NCBI GenBank assembly: GCA_043381765.1
Contig: JBHJMP010000892.1
Coordinates: 1-34,818 of the forward strand
DNA from: Collodictyon triciliatum
Taxonomy: Eukaryota
Direction: 5' to 3'
DNA length: 34,818 nt
A program made the translations under genes and the position numbers. Numbering within the stretch: the first letter of the stretch is position 1; each line of letters starts with the position of its first letter. Under the pieces are notes generated by a model. It had not been told where the DNA came from, searched no databases, and worked only from the letters and a program-made list of their open reading frames with translations. This document shows positions 34,786 through 34,818 of the stretch, piece after piece.

Positions 34786-34818
34786 TATAACCCTGCGATA
34801 AAGTGTTATTCACCTGAT

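Noticed and set aside
34076-34813. EEK-rich, poly-F/L, poly-V and poly-N ORFs
   Set aside because: Repeat-derived; the first set lies in IFT25 intron 1.
1-34818. CRISPR arrays, tRNA/rRNA genes, transposases, telomeric repeats
   Set aside because: All repeats are simple tandem arrays without spacers. I recognised no cloverleaf, rRNA, transposase/RT motifs or TTAGGG-type arrays by eye.

Overview
Eukaryotic, intron-dense, microsatellite-rich DNA using the standard genetic code and mostly GT-AG introns. It probably comes from a flagellated protist; the kinase-cyclase-kinase architecture is best known from Amoebozoa, but the taxon cannot be fixed from this window. I hand-spliced six complete genes. 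(1) A class I cyclic-nucleotide phosphodiesterase with a 6-TM anchor resembling that of membrane adenylyl cyclases (+, 1696-6230). (2) A claudin/PMP22-superfamily tetraspan protein (+, 6729-7901). (3) An ankyrin-repeat plus carboxylate-clamp TPR protein (+, 8274-11661). (4) A NIMA/NEK kinase of the DLG, FA2/CNK2-like type (-, 15823-12533). (5) A giant receptor of about 53 exons (-, 31606-16856): signal peptide, [Kelch x12, CUB, Cys-rich] x2, TM, TKL kinase, class III nucleotidyl cyclase, TKL kinase. (6) IFT25/HSPB11 (-, 34397-33183). Possible first exons of two further genes run off each end. The most notable object is the receptor. It joins an attractin/MEGF8-like ectodomain, internally duplicated and built mostly from one-blade phase-1 exons, to a kinase-cyclase-kinase tail, and it lies near a membrane PDE and two ciliary genes. 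No RNA genes, CRISPR arrays or transposons were recognised. All gene models are manual and untested against transcripts or databases.
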